IMG/VR virus record: IMGVR_UViG_3300027994_000008
Span: 1-49,026 of that record
Source of the DNA: a virus
Lineage: Duplodnaviria > Caudoviricetes
DNA length: 49,026 bases
Direction: 5' to 3' (one strand)
In this document: piece by piece, positions 9,531-18,716 of the stretch
How the letters are laid out: the number at the start of each line of letters is the position of its first letter
Numbering within the stretch: the first letter of the stretch is position 1
Program-made: the position numbers and the translations under genes
Notes under the pieces: generated by a model
The model's database searches: none
Told to the model about the DNA's origin: nothing
Seen by the model: the letters and a program-made list of their open reading frames with translations, nothing else

Positions 9531-10588
9531 GGGTTGATTATCCGGGACTTAACCTTCGGAAAAAGGTTTTTGTTGATCTTCTCCAACTCGCGTTTGTACC
9601 GGGCTTTTAATCCGGGCATGAATGGTACTTCTTCAGTTGTCCGGGCAAGGTTCACGTCGCGGTAAACGTCACGAAGCTTTTCTTCCGTTATACGCTCCGT
9701 TAAATTGGAACGTGTGCCGTACTGTATTTGCTCAATAACGTTTGTTGCAACTTGCAGGCCGATTGCTTCGTCAAACAGGTGCGCGGTGTTTTTGATTAGG
9801 TTGGTATAATCCGCATATACGCTTATGTCCGGTAATAGCCCGTAATTTTCATACGTGAAAGGCGTTGTAACCCTGTCAAAGTTATTGTCCGGCAAAACGT
9901 CCATTAAAACACCGCTTACGCTGTAGGTATAAGTTTCCTGCCAGCAAGTATTTGCCCGTAATGCCTGCATGCCACCAAGGTCGTCCTGGAAGTAAACCAG
10001 GTAAAACCAATTGCTTTTGTTGGTTTGCCCATCATACCGTACAATCCAGTCCGGTAGTTCGACAATTACCTGTTTGTTCGCTTCCGGTGTTACTTCTATC
10101 GTGTAAATAGGTTCTGCCGAAGTGTCCGCAAACAAATAAAGGTTGAAAGGCGTGTTACCATCAAATGCCAGCGTTACCGTGTTTATTTGCAGCGCTGTTT
10201 TGGTTTTTGCGAGGTTTATCCGCATGCCTGCCACTTTGCCCGTATTGGGCCATTTGTCCCGCACTTGCTGCCAACGTGAATATGACAGGCCGGTTTCGAT
10301 TAACTGGTCCTGGTTAAACACCTGGTTCAACAAAGTAAGGATTGCGGCATCTTGTACGCCGGTCAAATGGGCATCTAAGGTATTTGCAGGCGGCTCGTCT
10401 ATATCTTCCCGTGTTTCGTCAATGTTCTTTAACGATACAATGCTGTGGAAGCTCGTATCGTTAAAGAACCTGCCGGATTTGCTCACCTGTGTTTCGGGCG
10501 CAAGCTCGTAGCCTGTAGTTTGTTTCCACCCTACCCGCGCCCTTAATAAAGGTAAAACAGTTGATATGTCAAAGCCGTTTGTTAGCAT
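9524..10588 (-). CDS. Putative head-tail connector / structural protein
   Basis: Translationally coupled to capsid gene; position. Confidence 0.5.
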   Translation of the reverse strand: MLTNGFDISTVLPLLRARVGWKQTTGYELAPETQVSKSGRFFNDTSFHSIVSLKNIDETREDIDEPPANTLDAHLTGVQDAAILTLLNQVFNQDQLIETGLSYSRWQQVRDKWPNTGKVAGMRINLAKTKTALQINTVTLAFDGNTPFNLYLFADTSAEPIYTIEVTPEANKQVIVELPDWIVRYDGQTNKSNWFYLVYFQDDLGGMQALRANTCWQETYTYSVSGVLMDVLPDNNFDRVTTPFTYENYGLLPDISVYADYTNLIKNTAHLFDEAIGLQVATNVIEQIQYGTRSNLTERITEEKLRDVYRDVNLARTTEEVPFMPGLKARYKRELEKINKNLFPKVKSRIINPC

Positions 10589-11613
10589 TAGATTTGTGCT
10601 ACTTCAAATATGGTGCTTTCGCTGTTTGACCCTGTTAATGGCGCTTTGTTAAAGCTCATGTCCAAAGAAACCTCGAACTGCATAAGGTCGTCCTGTTGGC
10701 TACCGCCATTACGTGCGGAAGTGTCCGCGCGTTCTGCGTAACCGTGTACGGCAAAGGTTAAGCCCATGCCATAAGGGTCCATCATTGAACCGTAACCACC
10801 AAGAGTACTGTTGTAATCGCCGCGGCCTTCACGGTTTTGTTTAGGGATCCAGTCCATTGCGCCGACCGTACCTTCCGGCATAGCAAGCACAACACCGTTA
10901 GCGTAGTTTGAATCGTTCAACTCAATACTTTCTGCGATGTTTTTGCCCTGGAACTGGAAATTAAGGTTATTGGCGTTTCCTGCGCCTTGCGCTTCTGAGT
11001 ATTCGGCAAGAACTGCCAAAGGGCTGGAAGCGATAACGTCCAAACGGCTGCGGTAGCGGTTTTGACGGGCAATAGAAGAAAGGATTTGATAAAACACCGA
11101 TTTACTGCCTGATGCTACTTCGTACACGTCGTTAGTTGCGTTGAAAGTTGCTCCGGACAAAGTTGGCGGTGCGTACTGCGTACGTTGTGCCAACAAGTAA
11201 GCGATAGCCGCTGTTTCCAACCCTTCCAATACGTTCAACATTGCTTGTTGGAATTGGTTGGCCAACATTTCATTAAAACCAAAAATATTGTTGTCCAATT
11301 GCTTCAAACTGATTGAAAAGCTGTCGGTGTCAGAAAAGAAGTTGATCGGTACAGCAACACTGTCGCCGCTTGGCCCGGTGTGGTTGTACACACGCGCAGT
11401 GCCCGGTGTACGTTTGTTACGGCCGATCATGTAAGCCGTTACGGGCCTGTCGTCGCGTTTGCGAAGGTCGGCGATGTTGGCAATTATGTTTGAGCCGTTT
11501 TTTAAAAGCAAGTCCAAAGCCGGGGAAGGCTTGGTGCGCATTTCGGGCGAAGCAAACTTTTTGTTTAGGATAGTTTGCGCTTGAACCAGGTTACTGGCGC
11601 TAAAATTAGCCAT
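10588..11613 (-). CDS. Major capsid protein
   Basis: 341 aa, A/N/G-rich, downstream of portal and scaffold genes, own promoter-like leader. Confidence 0.75.
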   Translation of the reverse strand: MANFSASNLVQAQTILNKKFASPEMRTKPSPALDLLLKNGSNIIANIADLRKRDDRPVTAYMIGRNKRTPGTARVYNHTGPSGDSVAVPINFFSDTDSFSISLKQLDNNIFGFNEMLANQFQQAMLNVLEGLETAAIAYLLAQRTQYAPPTLSGATFNATNDVYEVASGSKSVFYQILSSIARQNRYRSRLDVIASSPLAVLAEYSEAQGAGNANNLNFQFQGKNIAESIELNDSNYANGVVLAMPEGTVGAMDWIPKQNREGRGDYNSTLGGYGSMMDPYGMGLTFAVHGYAERADTSARNGGSQQDDLMQFEVSLDMSFNKAPLTGSNSESTIFEVAQI

Positions 11614-11807
11614 TGTTTTATTGATAATAGATAGTGCCTACACACCGTAAGCAATAACCCGCGAACTGGTACCTTAGCCGCTTAATTAAACCAAAAATAA
11701 GGCTTATTTTGATATTGCAAATAAAATTTTAATAAAGGGCAAAAAAAATACCGGCGATGAACCCGGTATTAAACGTAAACGTACTAAGAATCCGTCGAGC
11801 AAAAATA

Positions 11808-12326
11808 TTAAGGAATATGCGGTTGGTCTTTTAAACTTTCAATTGGGACCGCTTCGTATCGGTTTGAAGTTTCAGCAACGGTAAACATACTACCGACAGG
11901 TTTAAGGACTACTTGTTTGCCATCCTCCAAAGTGATTACTTTATTTTCAGCAGCATTGAGTTCTTGATCGAAGTCCTCAAAGAAAGCGTCTTTAATCCTT
12001 TGCAAAAACATGGATTCCATCAAAATCATGTAATTGATTACATCGCCGAACTTTTCTTTTACCATGGCTTCGCACGCGAGCTTATCGTTGTCCAAATCGT
12101 TCACCAGGTCTTTAACCGAACAAATTTGTTTCCATGCCAGGTTCAACAAATACCTTTCACGCGATTGGTTAAGGTCTTTGCTGCCTTCGTTGAAGTTGAA
12201 CAAAGCATCGTTGTTGCGGCTATACTCGACAGCTTTAACCTTCAGCACTTTTTCTATGTGCAATTGCCTTGCTGCCAGTAGTTCTTTGAACTTATCTGGT
12301 GCTAATGGTTTTCTATAGTTTTTCAT
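11808..12326 (-). CDS. DUF1599-like nucleotide-modification-associated helical protein
   Basis: KAVEYSRNNDALFNF and EKFGDVINYMILM motifs. Confidence 0.6.
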   Translation of the reverse strand: MKNYRKPLAPDKFKELLAARQLHIEKVLKVKAVEYSRNNDALFNFNEGSKDLNQSRERYLLNLAWKQICSVKDLVNDLDNDKLACEAMVKEKFGDVINYMILMESMFLQRIKDAFFEDFDQELNAAENKVITLEDGKQVVLKPVGSMFTVAETSNRYEAVPIESLKDQPHIP

Positions 12327-12498
12327 TGCTTTTTCTGTTTTGCTTCATTAAGAATGCTGTAATACAAAGGAGCCAATAGCAAAACAAGTCGTAAAGACCA
12401 ATGCCATCGCAAACAATTTAATTCTAAAGTTATAAAACTAAGAATGCCCCACATTGCTAAAAACATTATTAATACCCCTATGAACCCTGCTAATATTT

Positions 12499-12702
12499 TC
12501 ATGATTCATTCAATTTAGCGATTAAAATATCCGCTGCTTTGATAGCATCGTCAGCCGCTTGCGTATAATCCATGGAAGGGTGCGCACCGTACAAGGTGGG
12601 CAGTATCGCCGCCATAAAATCTCTAGCTATCAATTCACGCACCGTTAACCTCCACTGTAGCATGTTTGGTTCCAGTGGTTCCTGTCTGTCCCTGTTTAAC
12701 AT
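12499..12702 (-). CDS. Small conserved-type phage protein (LTxRExIA...MA...ADxLIxxL)
   Basis: Motif pattern common in small phage early proteins; start uncertain. Confidence 0.55.
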   Translation of the reverse strand: MLNRDRQEPLEPNMLQWRLTVRELIARDFMAAILPTLYGAHPSMDYTQAADDAIKAADILIAKLNES

Positions 12703-12823
12703 ATTTTCCCAAATGGTTGTTTACGAGGTCAATTATTTTTTGTTTCTTACTGCCTGGCACCCTGAACCTCAGTGTTGTGGTTTCTTCGCCGTATTTTAAT
12801 TTTCTGCCTACTTTCTGTCCCAT
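12635..12823 (-). CDS. Putative ribbon-helix-helix DNA-binding protein
   Basis: GRKLKYGEETTTLRFRVP followed by helix; directly behind promoter box. Confidence 0.55.
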   Translation of the reverse strand: MGQKVGRKLKYGEETTTLRFRVPGSKKQKIIDLVNNHLGKYVKQGQTGTTGTKHATVEVNGA

Positions 12824-12857
12824 AATGCTACAAGTTTTTAAACCCGCACCATATCTT

Positions 12858-12901
12858 TAATTTGTAGGACAAAACTACTACTTTATTCTGAATGGTACAA
12901 A
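12858..12901 (-). promoter_or_regulatory. Promoter/operator box (copy 2)
   Basis: TTTG-N20-TAGTTTTGTCCTACAAATTA. Confidence 0.75.
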
Positions 12902-13098
12902 ATAAAATACGCTAATTTTTTAGCTTCTTCTTTCGTTAAGTTTATAACCGTTAGACTTGGCGATTCATCAGCATTAGAAGATATGCCGATATTGAAACTC
13001 TCGAAATAAGTAGTAACTTCAAGGTTCGTACCGATAGTGTCTACTTCATATTTAGCATTCATAATTTTTAAGTTTATATTTTTTGAGCTCAAATTCAA
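12883..13098 (-). CDS. Hypothetical protein
   Basis: Small ORF in tightly packed cluster; start uncertain. Confidence 0.55.
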   Translation of the reverse strand: MNLSSKNINLKIMNAKYEVDTIGTNLEVTTYFESFNIGISSNADESPSLTVINLTKEEAKKLAYFILYHSE

Positions 13099-13279
13099 TA
13101 ATTATGCCTTTCTTTATAAGCGCATGCAAAGTTGAAAGCTTAAAGAAAGTAGGATATTTTTCGCCCATGGTGTTCACTGTTTGAAAGTCAAAATATTGTC
13201 TTTCCTGTAAATAAGACCCTTTGTTTTTCTTTAACAGATCGATAACCTTTTGTTGTGCTGGACTTAGTTTATCCTTCAT
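13052..13279 (-). CDS. Hypothetical protein (possible winged helix)
   Basis: LSPAQQKVIDLL...STLHALIKKGII pattern. Confidence 0.55.
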   Translation of the reverse strand: MKDKLSPAQQKVIDLLKKNKGSYLQERQYFDFQTVNTMGEKYPTFFKLSTLHALIKKGIIIEFELKKYKLKNYEC

Positions 13280-13451
13280 AATCGCGTATTTGATCGTTAA
13301 GGAAATCTGCTAGCATACGGGCTTGTTCTACGTCTAATAACATTGTAGATTCTACCGAGTTATTAACTTTTACGATAATCATTATTTCGGCATTTTTATC
13401 TAAATCCAACGCAATAATGTTTGTATTATGGTCTGTCCTAAATTCTAACAT
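13269..13451 (-). CDS. Hypothetical protein
   Basis: Small ORF overlapping neighbour start; LDVEQARMLADFL resembles LTKEEAKKLAYFI of 12883..13098. Confidence 0.55.
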   Translation of the reverse strand: MLEFRTDHNTNIIALDLDKNAEIMIIVKVNNSVESTMLLDVEQARMLADFLNDQIRDYEG

Positions 13452-13626
13452 GGTTATATTTTTTTAAACGTAAAAGAACAATTGTTGCATAAATCCTGCT
13501 TTAACCGCATAACCCATTTTATGCTGGTCAAAACCATCCATTTTTCACCACGTGAATTTATTGGCACCGGGCTTTCTACTGTCTTGCCGCAATTATCGCA
13601 TTGCAGGTAAGTTTTTATTATTATGC

Positions 13627-14100
13627 TCATTTTCCAGTTGCTTTATTGATTGCGTTCTTAATACTTTCATGCAGTACCGTTCCATATAGCAGATTGCCGC
13701 AGGTTATGCCTTTTTCCACCGCTATCAAACACGAGAGCATATCCACCGAGGCGGAAGCCAAAACAGCGTGTTTTTTTTGTTGTGCCAAAGTAAGTTTATC
13801 GTTGTAAAAAGTAGCAATCCTTATTTGTTCGCCTTCCAAATTATCCGCGATTACTACATAGTTATGACGTAACGCTGGTTTCCAAATGCCTGTTTCAGGG
13901 AATATGGTACGTGTTGATATTTTTTGACTTTTCCGCCTTTTCGGAACTTCAGTAATTAATGTTTTTAGCCTCGAAAGCTGATTATCGTTGCATACTTTCT
14001 TTAACTGGTTAAGGCTATCCAATATGTTTTTATCTGTTGGGCTACTGGCAACGGCGCTTCTTGCCAAAACAAAAACTTTATTAAAATCTTCTTGTTTCAT
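13627..14100 (-). CDS. Hypothetical protein
   Basis: 157-aa ORF; C-terminal HAVLASASVDMLSCL...AINKATG resembles a common phage A(P)DLL motif. Confidence 0.6.
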   Translation of the reverse strand: MKQEDFNKVFVLARSAVASSPTDKNILDSLNQLKKVCNDNQLSRLKTLITEVPKRRKSQKISTRTIFPETGIWKPALRHNYVVIADNLEGEQIRIATFYNDKLTLAQQKKHAVLASASVDMLSCLIAVEKGITCGNLLYGTVLHESIKNAINKATGK

Positions 14101-14106
14101 GACAGA

Positions 14107-14340
14107 TTATTTAAATAAATTTTCTACTAAAATATAAACCAAAGCCCCTAACCAGGTTGCAAAAGAAAATAGCGGCCACACGATAACCGCCCATATTACA
14201 ATTTGTAGAATTACCCTTAAATCGTGGCTGTCCAATAGCCCGGCCAATCCGGATATTACCAGGTGGGCTATGTAGAAAACAAAGCTGAAAACAAAGCCGA
14301 AAATAAATACGGTAATCACCAATGCGAATGAATCTTTCAT
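14107..14340 (-). CDS. Small two-TM membrane protein
   Basis: Two hydrophobic segments; first gene after promoter box. Confidence 0.65.
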   Translation of the reverse strand: MKDSFALVITVFIFGFVFSFVFYIAHLVISGLAGLLDSHDLRVILQIVIWAVIVWPLFSFATWLGALVYILVENLFK

Positions 14341-14346
14341 ACATTT

Positions 14347-14399
14347 TAATTTTGTCCCACAAAACTACAAAACAATTTTGATTGTACCAAATATTTTAC
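14347..14399 (-). promoter_or_regulatory. Promoter/operator box (copy 3)
   Basis: GTAAAATATTTGG..N..TAGTTTTGTGGGACAAAATTA, 20-nt spacer. Confidence 0.8.
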
Positions 14400-14401
14400 A
14401 T

Positions 14402-14433
14402 AAAAAAAGCTTACTGGTTAAAGTAAGCTTTTT
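14402..14433. terminator. Intrinsic terminator after scaffold gene
   Basis: AAAAAGCTTACT...AGTAAGCTTTTT. Confidence 0.75.
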
Positions 14434-14451
14434 GGCAATATATGTTATTTT

Positions 14452-15267
14452 CTAATCCATTGAAAAATCCGGGTTGTCTTTTACAGCTTGTGATACTTCT
14501 GCCATAAATTCAACGCCTTGGATGCTCTTTCCCTGCCCTTCATACTTTGCTTTCATTTCGGCTAAATTTGTCGGTTTAGTGCCTGGCAAGCTGTCCTTGC
14601 CGCCCCTGCCGCCTGGTTGCGCCTGTGCTTCTGCAATCAGCTTCTTTTCTTTGGCGTAATTGGTAACAACATCTTTAATGCCGATAGGTTTTGCAACGCT
14701 GTCTTTCACCACTTCACCGCCTTTCTTGAATACCAGCGCCTCGCCTTCTTTCGCAAGTTCGTAGCCTTCCGATTTCATCAAAGCCATAACGGTGGACACG
14801 TCCGGTGCGTTCTCTCCCAACGACGGAAGTTCGCGGTACAGGCCCAATACATTTGCTGCTTCGATTGCTTTTGATCCTTCTGTAGTTACCGCCGCTTCCA
14901 GTTCGGTTACTTTGGTCTGGAGGGTTGTTTTGTCTTTCTCCAACTCCGTAATACGGGCGTTTGGTTCCAGTTTCAAATCTTTTTCTGTCTTGGTCTTAAT
15001 AGCCGTAACCAGCCCGTCAATTGTCTTGCCGTTAAAGTCCAGGCCGTGTTTGTCCTTGGCTTCTTTTACGGCCATTTCAACGCCGGCAGTTTTGCCCTTG
15101 GTGTATTCTTCCGTTTTAACGCGGTCCATATCTTCGGGCGTTGCTACTGTTAGCCCCGTTGGAATGGCGATTGCCACTTCTTCGGGCGATGTCAATGCCG
15201 CTGTGAACGTTGCGGGGTCAATCTTTAAAAGTGTGGCGATTTCCTTCGCCTGTTGTCCTGTTATCAT
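14452..15267 (-). CDS. Putative capsid scaffolding protein
   Basis: Coiled-coil K/E/A-rich protein with GGRGG linker near C-terminus; between portal and capsid; start MITGQQ preferred. Confidence 0.65.
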   Translation of the reverse strand: MITGQQAKEIATLLKIDPATFTAALTSPEEVAIAIPTGLTVATPEDMDRVKTEEYTKGKTAGVEMAVKEAKDKHGLDFNGKTIDGLVTAIKTKTEKDLKLEPNARITELEKDKTTLQTKVTELEAAVTTEGSKAIEAANVLGLYRELPSLGENAPDVSTVMALMKSEGYELAKEGEALVFKKGGEVVKDSVAKPIGIKDVVTNYAKEKKLIAEAQAQPGGRGGKDSLPGTKPTNLAEMKAKYEGQGKSIQGVEFMAEVSQAVKDNPDFSMD

Positions 15268-15335
15268 ATTGTTTGTATTGCCCAAAAAGCCCCGCACCGG
15301 TGAAAGTGCGAGGCCGCTGTTATTAATCTTCGGGA

Positions 15336-15983
15336 CTAATATTTTACATAGCCAATTGGGTTGATCTGGCTGGTTTGTCGGTTCAACGTATCGACTGTTT
15401 CTTGCTGAAGCTTCACGTTTTCACGCAAAACTTTTGCAACAGACGGATTGGCGGGATCGGTATAATCATACTTCACCTCTTTGTAGCGTTCGTAACCTTC
15501 GGCAATTACCGTTGGTTTTGCAACAACCGGTACAATTGCCGGCGTGAACGGCGCGTTTGGGTTGCCCGGCTCTGTCTTCACAACGCCTTCGTCCGCACCT
15601 TCGTATTTACCATCTGTCTTGGTTGCATACTTAGCGCTTAGGTCTTTCAACTTTTGGATTTTGTCCGCTTCGGTTGCATCGCTTTTAAGAATTTCGGACA
15701 TTTCCGCGTCATACCCGCTTACTTTGTCTTCGCCTGTGATCGCACTGCCTGTAGGGGCGTTGTCGCTACCGGTTGGCAACTCGGTATTTTTGCCAGTTGC
15801 AAGGTCTTCGTCGTCGCCGAAGTCCGTTTCGTCCTGGTAATAGCCGATTATTTCCTGCACTTCTTCTTCAGGATAATCTTTATTATCCGTGCGAAGTAAC
15901 TGTGTTGCTTCTTCTAAAGTTTTACCTTCGGCAATCCAGTTTTTTAATTTAATGGCACCTGATTTTTTACGTTGAATATTCAT
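15336..15983 (-). CDS. Hypothetical acidic head-module protein
   Basis: 215-aa ORF with low-complexity acidic linker. Confidence 0.6.
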   Translation of the reverse strand: MNIQRKKSGAIKLKNWIAEGKTLEEATQLLRTDNKDYPEEEVQEIIGYYQDETDFGDDEDLATGKNTELPTGSDNAPTGSAITGEDKVSGYDAEMSEILKSDATEADKIQKLKDLSAKYATKTDGKYEGADEGVVKTEPGNPNAPFTPAIVPVVAKPTVIAEGYERYKEVKYDYTDPANPSVAKVLRENVKLQQETVDTLNRQTSQINPIGYVKY

Positions 15984-16122
15984 TTTAAATAAATTTTAAG
16001 TAAAGTAACTAAAAGTTTGCCGAAAACTACCAAAATGAAAAGCAGACACGTTAGCAACTGCTGTGTTTTTAATTAATGCTCACACCTGCACCTTGTTTTG
16101 GTTTATCATTAGATAGTTCGTG

Positions 16123-16248
16123 CACCGGTAAATGGAATCGAACCATCATATTTCACGGATCTTTAGACTGTAGCCGCCAAGGCTGCAAGAGAATCGAACC
16201 TTTTACAATCTGTTAACCTTCTGGCTTTGCCGTTAAGCCTATACCGGT
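16123..16248 (-). ncRNA. tRNA-like RNA A (expanded anticodon region with second T-loop)
   Basis: ACCGGTA/TACCGGT acceptor, GGCT/AGCC D-arm, GATGG-TTCGATT-CCATT T-arm, ~75-nt insert. Confidence 0.65.
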
Positions 16249-16365
16249 TAAACCATTTTACATACGCTGGGCCGTTACTTAACCGCTCAAATAAAGAGCG
16301 GCGGGACTTTGTGTTTAGCCGACGACCGGGCGGCTGTGTCCTTTTGTGGGTATATAAGCCATTTG

Positions 16366-16464
16366 TACGAAAGACAGGAATCGAACCTGTGTTCAAATTT
16401 ATTGGTTTTGCCCAATAACACTTCGGCTTTTTCGGCCGGTGCATTCCCACTATGCTACTTTCGT
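16366..16464 (-). tRNA. Atypical tRNA / pseudo-tRNA B with long variable arm
   Basis: ACGAAAG/CTTTCGT acceptor, GCAT/ATGC D-arm, CGGC-CGAAAAA-GCCG anticodon arm (no U33), TTATTGG/CCAATAA variable stem, ACAGG-TTCGATT-CCTGT T-arm. Confidence 0.65.
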
Positions 16465-16729
16465 AAATAGTATGTTTACTAAAAATAACCGCTGTAAAAG
16501 TCTGTCGTTATTTTGTTCCGCATACTTTCTTTACCGACAATGCCGCCCATCAGTTACAATGCGCGGCGGTAAAATAGAAAAACAAACCCGATGGCTTAAT
16601 TATTTATCCTTGTACCGATCATTAAGTCCTTTAATGCTTTAGGACAGGTCGTTTCTCCGTTGCCCGTCTTTCCGGGCTGTCAAGCAAGGTTTGACCCTCA
16701 GTTTAAATCAACTTATGCATATTGATTTG

Positions 16730-16874
16730 TAGCAAAGACAGGATTCGAACCTGCATTATTTTATTTTCTGCTTATCTGCACCAATCCAAAATGGCTAAGT
16801 GTTCTCAGAACTCGGCGAGGGTTATAAAATTTACGGTGGCCTACCGTAAGGAAACACCTATTGCCTTCTTTGCT
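16730..16874 (-). ncRNA. tRNA-like RNA C (expanded D-arm region)
   Basis: AGCAAAG/CTTTGCT acceptor, GCAGG-TTCGAAT-CCTGT T-arm, internal stems TAGGTGTTT/GAACACTTA and TTACGGT/ACCGTAA. Confidence 0.6.
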
Positions 16875-16918
16875 AATTTTGTCCCACAAAACTACAAACT
16901 TATTTTCAAACAAACAAA
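16874..16918 (-). promoter_or_regulatory. Promoter/operator box (copy 4) driving the RNA cluster
   Basis: TTTG-N20-TAGTTTTGTGGGACAAAATTA abutting the 5' end of RNA C. Confidence 0.75.
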
Positions 16919-16922
16919 ATAA

Positions 16923-18602
16923 TTATGCAACTATTTTTTGTTCTTTTTTAGCTGCTTCGGCTTGCATGGCCTTAGCCTTGTCGGCAACGTAGTCGTATAG
17001 CAATTTTTTAAGCCCTTCAAGCGGCGTGGTCAACAATGTTGCATCGGTAACGGTCTGGTACCATTCCCCGAAATAAAGCTTTGCAGCGTAGTCTTCGGCA
17101 GTTGCGCCCAACGCCTGTATTTCAATTACTTTAAAGTGGACGAAAGGTTCTACCCGCATTGCCTTAATGGCGATTTGCAGCCCTACGTCGTCACCGCTAT
17201 ATTTAACATCGTAGTACTCGATCAATAGTTCGTCCAGTAGGTTTATAGCGCTGCCCGCTGCCCTTGCATCACTGTATTTCTTCCAAATGGTGTCTGCATT
17301 TTCCAACATGTAACGCCTGCCGTAATTGACCGAAGCCCCGGCATAGTTGGACTGCAGCAACTGGACTTTTACCTGGTTGTCCACAAAAAATTTATGCCGC
17401 TTTTCCGCTGATTTGGATATAGGCATCAGCCTGGCTTCTTCCGGCTTTATCTCAATAACCGCTTGTGTTGCGGTTTGAACGTTTGTTTCGGGCGTACCAG
17501 TGGGGCCAGTAGTTTTGATTTCCGACCCTTTGCCCCAAATAGTAAAAGTCATTAAGTTTTCAAGTTGCTGAAGTTCCGTAGAAGATATTTCAAAATAATC
17601 TTTAGGAAAGGCAATAAAGCCCGCAACGTTGGGGGCGATAACCACATCGTTTTTGCTGCCCGGTGTTTCCAGTATTTTCAAATCGCCGGCATGTATCATT
17701 GCGCTTCTGCCCGTGCTGCTACAAGCCTCGCAATCTTTTGCCCCTTTATATCCTGTGCCTTCACATTCTTTACAAGCGTCGCCATATTCCCAATATTTAG
17801 GGAAACCGTGACGGACTTTAGACAAGTTGCGCACACTGCCCGTCAATAGAAAATCGTCAGCAAGTTTGATGACGCTGGCAAACAAACTGTTCACACTCCC
17901 CTCACATGTAGGGTCCACGAAATCGCTGTTCAGCAAAGCAGGTACTTTGCCAAAGAAGTTTGTGAATCTTTCCGATTTTATTTCGCTTACATCCGTCCCT
18001 TTCAGTTCGTAGTAAGTATCAAGAAGGTCGTCAATAACGCGGTAAACCTTACGGTCGGTATCAATGCCCGCTGCTTTCTTGTCGTTGCTGCTAAGTTCAA
18101 AAACAATATAGTCAAGCTCAGCGCCTTTTGGCAAGTAATCGAATACTGTTGATATTGATTTATAGGTGGGGTACACCCTGCCCTTTGCATCAACTTCAAG
18201 AAACATCATGCCGCACGGATCGTCTAACCAGTGCTGTTTCCAGTAGGTTTCAATCCATGTTTTTATAGAATAACCGTCGCGTACATTGGCTGCCGCTGCC
18301 GAGGCTTTTTTGTCCAGGGCTTCCGACATGTTATAGTACACCGAACCACCACGGGCGCTGAATACTTTATCAATCGGCCGTGCCAGCCTTTCCATTAGGT
18401 CCCGGTTGCTTTTGGCGTATTTCCTGCGCACTTCGATCAATAAATCATTTTCAAAACTCTTTATTTTGGTCAAAGTGGTTTCCAGGTTGTCACCGTACAT
18501 GTGCAGGCGCAATTCCTTATTTTTCTTCTGCCCGTATTCAACCAGTTTCTTTTGCGGGTTGGTCTGTAAAATGGTTTTAACGTCGCTTGTAGATAGTTGC
18601 AT
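16923..18602 (-). CDS. Portal protein with DnaJ-type zinc-finger insertion
   Basis: 559 aa downstream of TerL; CKECEGTG...CEACSSTG; VNYGRRY motif. Confidence 0.75.
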   Translation of the reverse strand: MQLSTSDVKTILQTNPQKKLVEYGQKKNKELRLHMYGDNLETTLTKIKSFENDLLIEVRRKYAKSNRDLMERLARPIDKVFSARGGSVYYNMSEALDKKASAAAANVRDGYSIKTWIETYWKQHWLDDPCGMMFLEVDAKGRVYPTYKSISTVFDYLPKGAELDYIVFELSSNDKKAAGIDTDRKVYRVIDDLLDTYYELKGTDVSEIKSERFTNFFGKVPALLNSDFVDPTCEGSVNSLFASVIKLADDFLLTGSVRNLSKVRHGFPKYWEYGDACKECEGTGYKGAKDCEACSSTGRSAMIHAGDLKILETPGSKNDVVIAPNVAGFIAFPKDYFEISSTELQQLENLMTFTIWGKGSEIKTTGPTGTPETNVQTATQAVIEIKPEEARLMPISKSAEKRHKFFVDNQVKVQLLQSNYAGASVNYGRRYMLENADTIWKKYSDARAAGSAINLLDELLIEYYDVKYSGDDVGLQIAIKAMRVEPFVHFKVIEIQALGATAEDYAAKLYFGEWYQTVTDATLLTTPLEGLKKLLYDYVADKAKAMQAEAAKKEQKIVA

Positions 18603-18716
18603 GTGGCTTATTATATTTCAAAAATATACATTAAAAACAAAAGCCCCAAAAAGGGCTTATTTTTGATTTATAAATATGTCGAATAGTTGGACGTTTGTTG
18701 GCGGTTCGTTTTTATT

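Noticed and set aside
16163-16922. Short ORFs (16163..16450, 16227..16418, 16439..16642, 16722..16922) as genes
   Set aside because: They overlap the tRNA-like structures and have no protein-like features
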